Of a DNA stretch of 33,311 bases, positions 1 through 9,020 are shown one piece after another (the stretch's first letter is position 1; the number at the start of each line of letters is the position of its first letter). This stretch comes from Oligoflexales bacterium (GTDB lineage: Bacteria; Bdellovibrionota_B; Oligoflexia; Oligoflexales; Bog-1112), in NCBI GenBank assembly GCA_045105515.1, contig JBGCDR010000442.1:1-33311 (forward strand). The letters are read 5' to 3'. Made by a program: the position numbers and the translations under genes. The notes beneath the pieces were generated by a model. The model did not search any database. It was not told the DNA's origin and worked only from the letters and a program-made list of their open reading frames with translations.

Positions 1-141
1 GCCAGCTCCATAAAATCATCGTGATTTCTTACTGGCTGATCCCCAAAAAAAGGTTTATATGATCCCTTGCTCTTGCATAGTCACTAGCCTCAAGTTCGTT
101 TAAAACCTCGACTTCAAGACCAGTAACCTTATGGAGTAGCC
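1..141. repeat. Terminal direct repeat, left copy (circular assembly overlap)
   Basis: Bases 1-141 are identical to 33171-33311. The tail chaperone reading frames continue across the junction. Confidence 0.97.
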
Positions 142-568
142 TGATAGTTTGGCTAAGCTCATCTGAACCAGATCCCTCTGCATACTTCCAATCTTTGTAC
201 TTTGGTCTTTTCACGATAATGTGATCAATAATCTTTCCATGCCTTTGGATTGGGAAAGCTAGGTCAAGCTTGATCTCTCGATGATTTTTTTTGTTTTTGT
301 CAACTTCGCTCTCATTAGTCAACAGCTCACCCATTAGCTTGATAAGGCTTGGAATATCCGTTGCCATATCAAGTTCCCCAATAGCATCAACACTTACTTC
401 TGCAAGATTAGCCGCTAGTACATTTGAGAAAATCTCGTCATCATCACCCGATTTTTTACGAGCAATTACAAGGTCAATAACCTTTGGGTTTCTAAGTTTA
501 AGCTCATTAACTTCAGTTCCATCAACATCGATAGGATAAGAAAGCTTTAAAGTGTTTACTTTTTCCAT
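29..568 (-). CDS. Tail assembly chaperone (P2 gpE / Mu gp41-like) with two tandem chaperone domains
   Basis: Lies between tail tube and tape measure. Two copies of the L..PI...G..I..+.+R.PK..D....L..+.ELD..D pattern. Ends in a TTTTTTG slippery site. Confidence 0.85.
   Translation of the reverse strand: MEKVNTLKLSYPIDVDGTEVNELKLRNPKVIDLVIARKKSGDDDEIFSNVLAANLAEVSVDAIGELDMATDIPSLIKLMGELLTNESEVDKNKKNHREIKLDLAFPIQRHGKIIDHIIVKRPKYKDWKYAEGSGSDELSQTIRLLHKVTGLEVEVLNELEASDYARARDHINLFLGISQ
44..50 (-). other. Programmed -1 frameshift slippery site T TTT TTG
   Basis: Minus strand reads CTT TTT TTG GGG ATC AGC CAG TAA, the same heptamer as P2 gene E. The -1 frame is open into a gpE'-like peptide. Confidence 0.8.
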
Positions 569-582
569 TTATAAATGCCCCT

Positions 583-1086
583 CTAAAGAAGTAGAGCAGC
601 ACGAACAAGCTCAAGCTCATCTACGCCGCCGATTTTTTGAATAAGATTTTTTGCATCGATCTCAATAAGGGTTTCACCTGCTGACTCAAGCCTGTAATAG
701 TTAGCTTTGAGAGTAAATTTCATCTCGCTATCATCACCACGCTTCCACGTTCCTAGGTCCAGCTCAGTGATAACGCCTTCCAAAACTGCAACAACGGGAA
801 TCACAGAGTCATCTCTTTTTAAAACTCCCCGAGCAGTAACATTAATCGGCCCACCTGCCTTAAATCCCATAAGCTTGATGATGTCAGCATCATATTCAGC
901 TAAGGTAAAATCAGCTTGAAGTGGAGCAAGGTTTTTCTCAATTGGAGTTGAAACGCTCATTCCACCTGACAAATGGTCTTCAGTCTCGTAAGTGATTTTA
1001 GGTAAGACAATCTCGTTGATTGTTCCAGCAAGGCCCTTACCAGCTACATATAAATTAAAATTTGATAATTTATGAGGCATATCCAT
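583..1086 (-). CDS. Major tail tube protein (P2 FII-like)
   Basis: MP.KL.NFNL+V.G..LAG, LPKI and EID..N+I.KIGG.D motifs. Directly downstream of the sheath gene. Confidence 0.92.
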   Translation of the reverse strand: MDMPHKLSNFNLYVAGKGLAGTINEIVLPKITYETEDHLSGGMSVSTPIEKNLAPLQADFTLAEYDADIIKLMGFKAGGPINVTARGVLKRDDSVIPVVAVLEGVITELDLGTWKRGDDSEMKFTLKANYYRLESAGETLIEIDAKNLIQKIGGVDELELVRAALLL

Positions 1087-1087
1087 A

Positions 1088-2182
1088 TTAAAAAATCTCC
1101 TTAATGTACTTTTCTGTAATTATGCTTTTAAATTTAATCTGATCAGCGGGGTATGATGGGGTATAATCAAAGCTTAAAGTAAGCTTTCCCTGCTTAATCT
1201 GTTTTGCTGTATTATCTTCCTCAGAAGCCCAGCAATAACCGTTAATGATTGCGCCCACTGCTCTCATTCTTCTTAGGAATGAGTTGACCGACTCAGTGAC
1301 GTTCTGGACATATTCACGGCTAATATTCTTGTCGATATTATCAAGCATTGATTGCTGAATCGATGTATTTATACTATCCGTTATTCTCCGCACATTAATA
1401 AAGACATTGGCCTTGTCTTCGTCTTGAGTTTTCCCTAATGTGCGATTACCCCACAGCCTAAAGCCATTATGCTTAATTACTGTGGTAATACCTTTTTTGT
1501 TAAGCTCGTTTGCATCCGAGTTCTCATCTGAGAGCGACCAGTCAACGTCTTCAGTCAGTGAATCAATGCCCATTATCGGCTTATTAGATGGAGACACATA
1601 AAAGCCTTTTTTCGCATCAGTTGCAGCTATAACGCCGGCAGCAAAAGCAGAAAGGCCAATAGTTCCTATTTTCCCCTCGCCTACTACACTTGGAGTACAA
1701 AGAAAGAGCCTTGAAGATGAATTACTACTTGCTTTAGTCGCTGCTTCTGCCTGGGTTGCGGCATCAAGTAAAGCAACTGCCTTTAACTTCTTGGCAACGG
1801 CTTCAAGTGCTGTGTCAACCTCTTCAATTCCCGGTGCTAAGATCACATTAGGAACATAACCGAGGCTAGAGCTTGCTTTAAGCAGGGCATAAACCCCCGT
1901 TTTACTCTCTAGATCTCCGGCAGCGTCCGACCTAACTGCAACAACTAGAGGGCTTGCATTTAAAAATATTGCTTTAAGGGCTCTCACAAGAGTATGGGAT
2001 TCTGAATCCTCTCCAAAATTTTCAGTGATATCAATAGCCTTCTTGATTAAAACAGGCACATTTTCTTCACCCTGAACAGCACTGCCCACAATTCCGATTA
2101 CAGTCTTAGAGTTGAGGGTAATCCCTGCAAGACCGTCGGTCTTTTCCTCGATTTTTACCCCGTGAAAATAATTCTCCGTCAT
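1088..2182 (-). CDS. Contractile tail sheath protein (P2 FI-like)
   Basis: YFHGV N-terminus, ILAPG, SPSNK, GFRLWGNRT and FINVRR motifs. Confidence 0.95.
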   Translation of the reverse strand: MTENYFHGVKIEEKTDGLAGITLNSKTVIGIVGSAVQGEENVPVLIKKAIDITENFGEDSESHTLVRALKAIFLNASPLVVAVRSDAAGDLESKTGVYALLKASSSLGYVPNVILAPGIEEVDTALEAVAKKLKAVALLDAATQAEAATKASSNSSSRLFLCTPSVVGEGKIGTIGLSAFAAGVIAATDAKKGFYVSPSNKPIMGIDSLTEDVDWSLSDENSDANELNKKGITTVIKHNGFRLWGNRTLGKTQDEDKANVFINVRRITDSINTSIQQSMLDNIDKNISREYVQNVTESVNSFLRRMRAVGAIINGYCWASEEDNTAKQIKQGKLTLSFDYTPSYPADQIKFKSIITEKYIKEIF

Positions 2183-2206
2183 TTTTATCTCCTAAATATT
2201 TTCTTT

Positions 2207-2752
2207 TTATTTTTCTTGATTAAATACAGGCCCAAGATGCTCTAAACCTGCCCTTTTGGGGTCACAGTTAGCACCCACCGTTCTGATATTCCAAACCTGA
2301 GCCCATCCATTAACAACCACAACCGGGGTGTTATCATCTGAGTAAGTTTGATACTTGTATGCTCCGCCTCTTATAATGACGTTTTCAGCTTTTTGTGATT
2401 CGTTTCCTATGACAATTGCAGGCTTACCGACCACTAACGCAAAAGATACATTATCAGGAAACAAGAGCGTGATATTAGAAACCGTCACCACAATGCTTGT
2501 ATCAACAAAGCTTCTAACAAGAATCGTGTAATGCCTAGCCTCATCACCTGTTTTTATGCGCTCTTCTATAACTAAATCCTGAGCCTCTTTGATCGATTTT
2601 ATTTTAAATTCTTTGGAAACCAAAAAATCAAAGCTTTGAAGATTTTTAAGAATATTTACTTCGTAAAGAGCATTCGTTAGCTTTTGATTAACCACATCAA
2701 TGAGCTTTGTGGTTTCATTTGTAAGTTTTGCAATTTGACTTTCAAGAGTCAT
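2207..2752 (-). CDS. Short tail-fibre-associated protein (N-terminal coiled coil plus beta-rich domain)
   Basis: Follows the collar-fibre gene. MTLESQIAKL... coiled-coil N-terminus and beta-rich C-terminus. Confidence 0.5.
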   Translation of the reverse strand: MTLESQIAKLTNETTKLIDVVNQKLTNALYEVNILKNLQSFDFLVSKEFKIKSIKEAQDLVIEERIKTGDEARHYTILVRSFVDTSIVVTVSNITLLFPDNVSFALVVGKPAIVIGNESQKAENVIIRGGAYKYQTYSDDNTPVVVVNGWAQVWNIRTVGANCDPKRAGLEHLGPVFNQEK

Positions 2753-3250
2753 TTATTTATCCGCCTTTAACTTCGCTAGGTCGTCGATCATTTCTACTTG
2801 TAGGGTCTGAGTTTTTATAAGATTGGTCGCAAGCGTTGCCACTTCCTCAGCTAGATTAAGGTTAAGCCTCTCCCCCGGTCCATCAATGTGAATGACATCG
2901 ATTTCACCTACTTCTAAGTCAAATGCAAATAGCATCTCCTGACCCGGAAGCTTATATGCGATGGGATCTTTACTAGCTGCATAAGCAAATAGCGTACCAT
3001 CTTCAAGTGTATAACCCACCTCAGTAACCTTGTAAGAATCCTTCTCACCATCTGCTAGAGCCGTGACATGCACCCGTCCAGTTCCTACTATCACCGAGGT
3101 ATCAATAGGATAGGCTTCCTTAAAGTTCTCTAACTGATTTTTTAAAGGGTCTTTTTCCCGGTATCCAGAGCCTAAAAGCATTTTGTCAAGCTTTAAAGGC
3201 ACTCCTCCTGCAATTGCGTTTCTTCCCGCATCTGTAATAAAAAACTTCAT
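2753..3250 (-). CDS. Tail collar fibre protein (P2 gpH N-terminal / DUF3751-like)
   Basis: ITDAGR N-terminus and V.EVGY..EDGTLFAYA motif. Follows the P2 gpI-like gene. Confidence 0.8.
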   Translation of the reverse strand: MKFFITDAGRNAIAGGVPLKLDKMLLGSGYREKDPLKNQLENFKEAYPIDTSVIVGTGRVHVTALADGEKDSYKVTEVGYTLEDGTLFAYAASKDPIAYKLPGQEMLFAFDLEVGEIDVIHIDGPGERLNLNLAEEVATLATNLIKTQTLQVEMIDDLAKLKADK

Positions 3251-3801
3251 AATAATTCGCCTTTTATCCTTACAATGCCTGTTACCCGCTGCATGGGTGC
3301 AAGCTTGATTTTTGGACCATCAAATTCGTAACTAATGTCAAAAAAGTATTCAGTTCTCAAAGGTTTAAGCAGGTCTGTCATCCTCATGATTTCGCTTCTG
3401 AATCGCTCACTGATTGACTGACCTTTGATTTTCAGCCGGAATTTATAGGGAAGCGGATCACCTAAGCTTCCATCTTCGTTTTTACGTCTAGGGTTTTCTT
3501 CAATCGTTACCTTGACCCCTAAGATGCCATATGCCTTTTCGATTGCAGCTTTCGTGCCTCGTAGCGTTCTAATGCCGATATACTCTTTGATAAGCTCTCT
3601 TTTTTGCTGCTCGCTCATCCGGCTATCATCTCCCCAAATCTCGACTCCTAAGGTCCATGCAAGATAGGAAAGGTGCTCTTTCGCACACGTTTGATAGTTA
3701 TAGAGTTCATTAAAGCCCACATCCAAAGCAGTGGAAGAGTACAAAGCCTCTTCAAGTGCTCTTTCGAAAGGGGTAGAGTTTGGAGGAAGTAGGCTTTTCA
3801 T
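3247..3801 (-). CDS. Baseplate/tail protein I (P2 gpI-like)
   Basis: SLLPPNST.FERALE, L.YLAW..GV..W, GT.AA+E.A and KP.R motifs. Confidence 0.92.
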   Translation of the reverse strand: MKSLLPPNSTPFERALEEALYSSTALDVGFNELYNYQTCAKEHLSYLAWTLGVEIWGDDSRMSEQQKRELIKEYIGIRTLRGTKAAIEKAYGILGVKVTIEENPRRKNEDGSLGDPLPYKFRLKIKGQSISERFRSEIMRMTDLLKPLRTEYFFDISYEFDGPKIKLAPMQRVTGIVRIKGELL

Positions 3802-4751
3802 CGCTCTTTTACCTCCACAGAAAAATTCTCATCTTTAATGATTAGCCGCGCCACTTGGGAATTATTAATAATATGATTTTCGCTCATGCCCTTAAGGGTC
3901 ACATCCCACACGTTTGGAACGCTGAGAGCTGCATATAGTGACGATAAAGAGATATCTGCACCAACCCTGTAAGACTGGGCAGCAAACTTCTTTAAGCTTT
4001 CAATAGCCTTCTCTTTCACGATATCAAGAGCAGCACTACTTGAAGCTACGTAAAGAGTAGCTTTGGGCTCAAAGTCAACTAGCTCAGCATCTTCAACGTG
4101 AAGAATATCAGTCAGAGGCTTAATATCATCACGGTTTAAGTGCTCAGCAATGATATCTCTTTTTAATTTTTTCGTTTCTTTGTCTGTGCGCTTGCTATGA
4201 TCTTTGTATAACAATGTCACATAAACGTGGCCAGCTTGCTTCGTATATGCCTTAACGTCAAATAGATCTAGCTTTGCACCAACTTTTTTAGCTTGGTAGA
4301 CATAAGCTGCCTCGGCTCCTGCAGTCGAGAAGCGCTCAAAGGATAATAGAGCCCTATTTCTCAGGCTAGCATCAGACTCCTTAAGGGCTTTACCAGTAAG
4401 GGTATCAAGCTGAGTAAATACCTTTCTCTCGACTTGAAACAAGGCTGCTATCTGATCAAGGTTAGACCCATCAGCATAAGCAAGCATACAATCTCTAATA
4501 GCATCATTGATCTTTGCTCTTAGACCGACTTCACGCCTAGCTGCTACCTCTAGGATTTTCATAGCTGGGTCGCTCTCATAAAGCTCATAGGCAGGTTCAA
4601 TTGCTTTCATTTTCTTAAGGAAAGTAGATTTCATCTGCTCCAAAATATCCTCATACGAAACATCTTCAATAGCCTTAGGAGCAGGAAGCCTTGATAAGTC
4701 AATGCCTGAGGTGATATTTTCCTTTTCAATTTTTCCTGCTAGATAATCCAT
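3798..4751 (-). CDS. Baseplate assembly protein J (P2 gpJ-like)
   Basis: IDLSRLPAP, ESDP..K+LE, LAYA.G.NLD, ESD..LR.R, STAG...AY and KPLTD motifs. Confidence 0.95.
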   Translation of the reverse strand: MDYLAGKIEKENITSGIDLSRLPAPKAIEDVSYEDILEQMKSTFLKKMKAIEPAYELYESDPAMKILEVAARREVGLRAKINDAIRDCMLAYADGSNLDQIAALFQVERKVFTQLDTLTGKALKESDASLRNRALLSFERFSTAGAEAAYVYQAKKVGAKLDLFDVKAYTKQAGHVYVTLLYKDHSKRTDKETKKLKRDIIAEHLNRDDIKPLTDILHVEDAELVDFEPKATLYVASSSAALDIVKEKAIESLKKFAAQSYRVGADISLSSLYAALSVPNVWDVTLKGMSENHIINNSQVARLIIKDENFSVEVKER

Positions 4752-4753
4752 TG

Positions 4754-5074
4754 CTATATACTCACTATTGTTTTAAGTCTTTGGTTTCGAGTGGTATAAA
4801 TCCCTTCTATCTCAATTTCTAAAGCTCCTGGTGTGGGAGCTGTGCAGATTACTTTTTTTATGACAAATCTAGTCACATAACGCTCAATAGCCTCAGTTAC
4901 GGCTGCATAGATATCAATTTTGTTGATTGGCTCATCCACTAGATCAAAAAGTCTAGATCCATACTCTCTATTCATGCACCTTGAGCCCTTAGGCGTTGTT
5001 AAAACATCGTGAATAGATCTTTTTACCTGCTCTAGCTCATCTGAGATAAAGCGGCCTGTCACACTACACATCAT
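4754..5074 (-). CDS. Baseplate wedge protein W / gp25-like (start revised to ATG 5074)
   Basis: SI.DVLTTP.GSR.M.REYGS.L..LVD.P motif. AAGGAGG SD at 5084-5090. Confidence 0.9.
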   Translation of the reverse strand: MMCSVTGRFISDELEQVKRSIHDVLTTPKGSRCMNREYGSRLFDLVDEPINKIDIYAAVTEAIERYVTRFVIKKVICTAPTPGALEIEIEGIYTTRNQRLKTIVSI

Positions 5075-5723
5075 CAGTGCTAGCCTCCTTCGTTGGTGGC
5101 AAGCTTTCCCCTGGTGCTGGTGCTGGGTGAAGCGGCGCGGTGTACTGGTGTGTATGCTCAGTAAGTGAAACACCTTGTGCAGCAACGCTTTGAGCGTTAA
5201 GGGCTCCCTCGATCGTTAAATCACCTTTTACAGTCGAACCACTAAGGTTTAATGTCTTAGCATTAATGTCTAGCTTGTCAGCCTTTATTGAGGCGTTTAC
5301 AGCCTCAACTGAAAGCGTGTTTGCCTTCACAATAATTTTGCTACCCTTCGCCTTGGTAGTATCGATGGTAAGAGTAGAAGTCTTCTTGTCGTACTGGGCC
5401 GTGGTTCCATCTGAGTAGCGCTTAAAATCGCTCGATGTCTTCGTTGAATCAGAAATACGAGCAATGGAGCCAATAACAAAAGAAAAGGATAAATCCCCCC
5501 CAATGCTTAAGATAAGCACCTGCTCTCCCTTTTCAGGAAGCCAAGAGCTACAATCACCGGCTGAGCTTCGTTGACTTAAAACTGGGATCGGATCGCTTTC
5601 AATACCATCAACCACAACCTTGACGCGGGAGGCTTCAATATCAACAGACGCAACAAAACCCACTAGTACAGTGTTGGCTAGCTGCCTCGTTAACTCTGCA
5701 ATTTGAAAGCTGTGGTCAATCAA
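5064..5723 (-). CDS. Baseplate spike protein V (P2 gpV-like; start revised to TTG 5723)
   Basis: +AEL.R.L.N.V..G.V, P..GEQVL+LS..GD, Y.DG....YD and C-terminal SL..HTH metal-binding motif. GAGGGG SD precedes TTG 5723. Confidence 0.9.
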   Translation of the reverse strand: MIDHSFQIAELTRQLANTVLVGFVASVDIEASRVKVVVDGIESDPIPVLSQRSSAGDCSSWLPEKGEQVLILSIGGDLSFSFVIGSIARISDSTKTSSDFKRYSDGTTAQYDKKTSTLTIDTTKAKGSKIIVKANTLSVEAVNASIKADKLDINAKTLNLSGSTVKGDLTIEGALNAQSVAAQGVSLTEHTHQYTAPLHPAPAPGESLPPTKEASTDDV

Positions 5724-5724
5724 T

Positions 5725-6294
5725 TTAATTCCCCTCTTTTTGCCATGAATTCTTAAAATATGAACTTTCATGTTTTTGGTTATGGTAAGTGGTATTATCC
5801 CTAGCAAACTCTTCATCTAGGTACTTATCCCACTCCAGATTTTCGGGGAAAAACTCCCACTTACCCCAGTTGTTTTCTCCAACCCGGATCACGATTTGAA
5901 GCTCGCTTACCCAGCTTTCAATATCTTTCACTTTGAAATCAAAATGATCATCAGAAGAGCCAAGGTATTTAGCCGGAAAAGCAAAAGGAGCAAGAACTTT
6001 ACTATGAAACATTGCCCCAATCCGAGCTGATACGTCCCGTACTGCAACTTTTACATTTTCCTGCTTTGCAGAAAGTAAAACTCTTATTTCCCAACGAGTG
6101 TTAAGCTCCACCTGTCCCGTCCCTGGGTCAGTGCCGGGTGAGATATCAGTCATCTCCACAAAACAAACCGGAAGCTTTTTTATTTCTTTCGAGCGTGGAT
6201 ACTCGGTTTTAACTTCTAATTTTTCACCAAATTCTCTTTCAATCCGCCTTTTTATTTCTTCATAAATCGGCTTAAATATTTGTACTTCGCTCAC
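5725..6294 (-). CDS. Putative tail completion/terminator protein
   Basis: Lies between the gpZ-like and gpV genes. LP.CFVE+....G.DPGTG motif. Confidence 0.6.
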   Translation of the reverse strand: MSEVQIFKPIYEEIKRRIEREFGEKLEVKTEYPRSKEIKKLPVCFVEMTDISPGTDPGTGQVELNTRWEIRVLLSAKQENVKVAVRDVSARIGAMFHSKVLAPFAFPAKYLGSSDDHFDFKVKDIESWVSELQIVIRVGENNWGKWEFFPENLEWDKYLDEEFARDNTTYHNQKHESSYFKNSWQKEGN

Positions 6295-6305
6295 GTTTAT
6301 TGTCC

Positions 6306-6839
6306 TTATTTAAAAAATCCGGCTAAAACTTCTAGCTCACGGATATAATTTTTAATCAGTCTATCTTCTAGCTCTGTGACCTGCCTTGACATTTCAAGGT
6401 CTACAGAATCAGCTATGGATACCCGCATTTCTCTAAGTGGGTACTTTGAGTCTTTCACTCGTTTTAAAATCATGTCCCGGCTTCCGCTTTTTCTTTTTAC
6501 ATTCCGCACAAGAAAAGCATCCGGGTAAAAGTGTCCACCAACCGAAACACCATCCTTAGTTTGTACTGCTTCACCAAGGATAATTGCGGGAAGGCTAAAC
6601 AAAAGGGTATACAGGCTTGCAAAGGTTTTTCTTTTAGTTGCTTTATAAGCCTTCATCCTCGATTTAATTAGCTTCACCTTAACGCCTGTACCTTTTCCAA
6701 TTTCTCTTGCAGAGAGAGTGGAAACAGCTCTAATAGTTCTGTTTAAGGCTCTTACTAAAGCTTTCTCAGCTTCCTGAGAACCCAAGCCTAAGCGGTTCAC
6801 TAAACTTTCAAGATTTTCAATATTTCTCTCAAAGCTCAC
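6306..6839 (-). CDS. Minor tail protein Z (lambda gpZ-like)
   Basis: Basic protein with ALVRALNRT, GV.VG...YP.AF and R....YPL motifs. Confidence 0.8.
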   Translation of the reverse strand: MSFERNIENLESLVNRLGLGSQEAEKALVRALNRTIRAVSTLSAREIGKGTGVKVKLIKSRMKAYKATKRKTFASLYTLLFSLPAIILGEAVQTKDGVSVGGHFYPDAFLVRNVKRKSGSRDMILKRVKDSKYPLREMRVSIADSVDLEMSRQVTELEDRLIKNYIRELEVLAGFFK

Positions 6840-7164
6840 CGTGAACGACTCCCCCGCCTAAACATTCCAAGGTCTCTATGCGTATAAGCCCCGTGTTATC
6901 TCTAAGAATCTTAGAGATGCTATACTCGATGCCTAACACCTCGATGGTGTCCGAGGTGTCAAGGCCAGTAAAATCTGAGGCAAGCCCAGTTATCACTGCG
7001 CCGCTCGTTGAGATAGGAATGCCAGCAAGGTTGCGCTCAAGGCCGTTTGTATCAAACTGCACCTTGAACTTTTTTCCTGCTAGATCCCCCGTCTTAACAA
7101 TTACTTCATCCGAAAAGCAGTCACTAAAAAGGTTTTTAAGATCTTTTTCAAAAAAATCTTTCAT
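6829..7164 (-). CDS. Head-tail joining protein (gpFII-like)
   Basis: 111 aa, directly after the capsid gene. D.+.V.G..Y.I....D.TG motif. Confidence 0.7.
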   Translation of the reverse strand: MKDFFEKDLKNLFSDCFSDEVIVKTGDLAGKKFKVQFDTNGLERNLAGIPISTSGAVITGLASDFTGLDTSDTIEVLGIEYSISKILRDNTGLIRIETLECLGGGVVHGEL

Positions 7165-7172
7165 GCCTTTAC

Positions 7173-9020
7173 CTACCCTTTGGTTTTGACATCAGAAACA
7201 ACTGAAAACGCTTCTGGATGAGTGATTGCGATATCACAAGATTGAAGCGCTCTTACGTTGATAGCTCCTGAAGCGTGGTGGCTCCAAGGATTTGCTTCAA
7301 TGTCCAAATATCCAAATTCTCCAAGAATTATAGAATTGTAGTTACCAAAAATCATTGCTGATAAGCTTTTTTCATCACCAAGATTTGATGGGATCATATT
7401 GCTATAGTGAGCTGGGTAGCCATTAACAATACCTTCGCCCTGTGCTACAGTCGTCCAGATATAGCCTGGGATACCATCACGCTGTAACTTTTGCTTTAAA
7501 AGACCCATGACTTTTGCGTTAGTTAGGTACGCAAGAGAGCCAAATGCTGCGTTAGCATCTGCAATCTGGGTTTCCATTGCAATGATGGTGTCCATAGTCA
7601 CGGTGCCACCAGAATTAACCTTATGAACACCTTGCCAGTTAACAATACCCTTAGGCTCGTTGTTTGTGCCTGAACCAAAGAAAACAGCTTCGTCAATTTT
7701 ACGAGCAAGCTTGTTTGATAGGCGCTTCATGATGTACTGCTCAATACCAATGCTTGATTGCATCAATAAATCACGAGTGATATTCACGTTAGCACCAACA
7801 GTTTTTGGGCTCAGCGCTACCTGCTCAGTGGTGATCTGAGATGACGGAGGAGTACCATTTTCCTGAACCCAGTAAGCGTCAAGATCACTGGTTTCTTTTG
7901 GAAAAGCAACGGGACCACTTAAAGATAGAACTTCAGCACCAAGCTTTTTAGAAACTAGCGAGTTAAAAAGCATTTCTATGTAGTTGGTCGATAGCTCTTG
8001 AGCTACAAATGAGCCCCCGGTTGTAACCCCGTCTTGAGGAGATACCATCATATCCCTTTTCAAAATATCGCTTGGAATCAAAAAACCTGAAGTGCTACGC
8101 TTATACTGCTTTTGAGCAGTCCTAGAAACTTCAAGCTCAAAGCCAGCATTATTCCAATCGCCAGAGACAGAAGCCCTAAGAGCCTTGATAATTGAGTAAC
8201 GCTTTTGCTCTGATTCATTTAAGCCGATATCTTGCCTTGCAGGCTGAGCAACTTTTGAAGAGCCAAGGCTACTAAGAACCTCATTTTTAAACTCCTCAAC
8301 AGTTCTTCCGTTTGAGATGAATTCCTTAGCAAGCGCCTGCTTGCCAAACTTTTCGCCTACTTCCAATATTTCCAATACTTCGTTTCTTGTGTTGTTGTTG
8401 TTCTCTTGCGTCATAACTAACTCCTTGTTGTTCGTATTTTGTTTATTTTCGTTTGTGTTTTCTGATATATTTCTACTAATTAATATAGGGTTACTATCTT
8501 GGCTATTTCTCGTTTTAGCTTCGGGATCAAAGCCAATAGGAACAAACGAAAGCTCCATAGGCTCCCAGTCTTTAGCTGTGCGGGTCACATAATCATCACC
8601 CTCATCTTTGCGCTCTTCCATCTCATGAATGCGGTAGCCTACCGATACATTCCTAATTGTCCCGTTAGCAACATCTTGAAAAATCTCCTGGCTTTTCTCG
8701 TTGCTACGAAACTTTACGGATGCATAAAGCTTTCCGTCTGCAAGCCAAGCTCTTTCAACTACTCCGATTTGATCGCTTAGGCTCGAATTCTCATGAGTGT
8801 CAAGAAGTGGAGCCCCGTTATTAAAACGATCAAGCCTAATAGCTCCCTCTTGCATAGAAAGCTCTTCAAAATAAGGCTCATCAAACCACGGAACCCTAAT
8901 TCCTCTTGAGCCCGTAGATGCTACGATTTCAACCCGGTGGTTTTCATGGTCTACAGTAGAAGGAACCCATGAGCCATCAAAGGATATCTGTCCACCCATT
9001 TTCCTGTATTGATTATTCAT
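7173..9020 (-). CDS. Prohead protease-major capsid protein fusion (HK97 fold; start revised to ATG 9020)
   Basis: N-terminal protease motifs LLDTH, VSVGY and ELSFVPIGFD. C-terminal capsid motifs W+.E...P.S, LSPKT, G.G...EP.GI and FGN+. Confidence 0.92.
   Translation of the reverse strand: MNNQYRKMGGQISFDGSWVPSTVDHENHRVEIVASTGSRGIRVPWFDEPYFEELSMQEGAIRLDRFNNGAPLLDTHENSSLSDQIGVVERAWLADGKLYASVKFRSNEKSQEIFQDVANGTIRNVSVGYRIHEMEERKDEGDDYVTRTAKDWEPMELSFVPIGFDPEAKTRNSQDSNPILISRNISENTNENKQNTNNKELVMTQENNNNTRNEVLEILEVGEKFGKQALAKEFISNGRTVEEFKNEVLSSLGSSKVAQPARQDIGLNESEQKRYSIIKALRASVSGDWNNAGFELEVSRTAQKQYKRSTSGFLIPSDILKRDMMVSPQDGVTTGGSFVAQELSTNYIEMLFNSLVSKKLGAEVLSLSGPVAFPKETSDLDAYWVQENGTPPSSQITTEQVALSPKTVGANVNITRDLLMQSSIGIEQYIMKRLSNKLARKIDEAVFFGSGTNNEPKGIVNWQGVHKVNSGGTVTMDTIIAMETQIADANAAFGSLAYLTNAKVMGLLKQKLQRDGIPGYIWTTVAQGEGIVNGYPAHYSNMIPSNLGDEKSLSAMIFGNYNSIILGEFGYLDIEANPWSHHASGAINVRALQSCDIAITHPEAFSVVSDVKTKG

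Noticed and set aside
2207..3250. Diversity-generating retroelement or invertible tail-fibre cassette
   Set aside because: No reverse transcriptase, no TR/VR pair and no inverted fibre segments seen.
29..6839. Tail cluster as a tailocin or eCIS delivering the cargo proteins
   Set aside because: Capsid, portal and terminase are present, and the cargo proteins carry Sec-type signal peptides rather than being tube-loaded.
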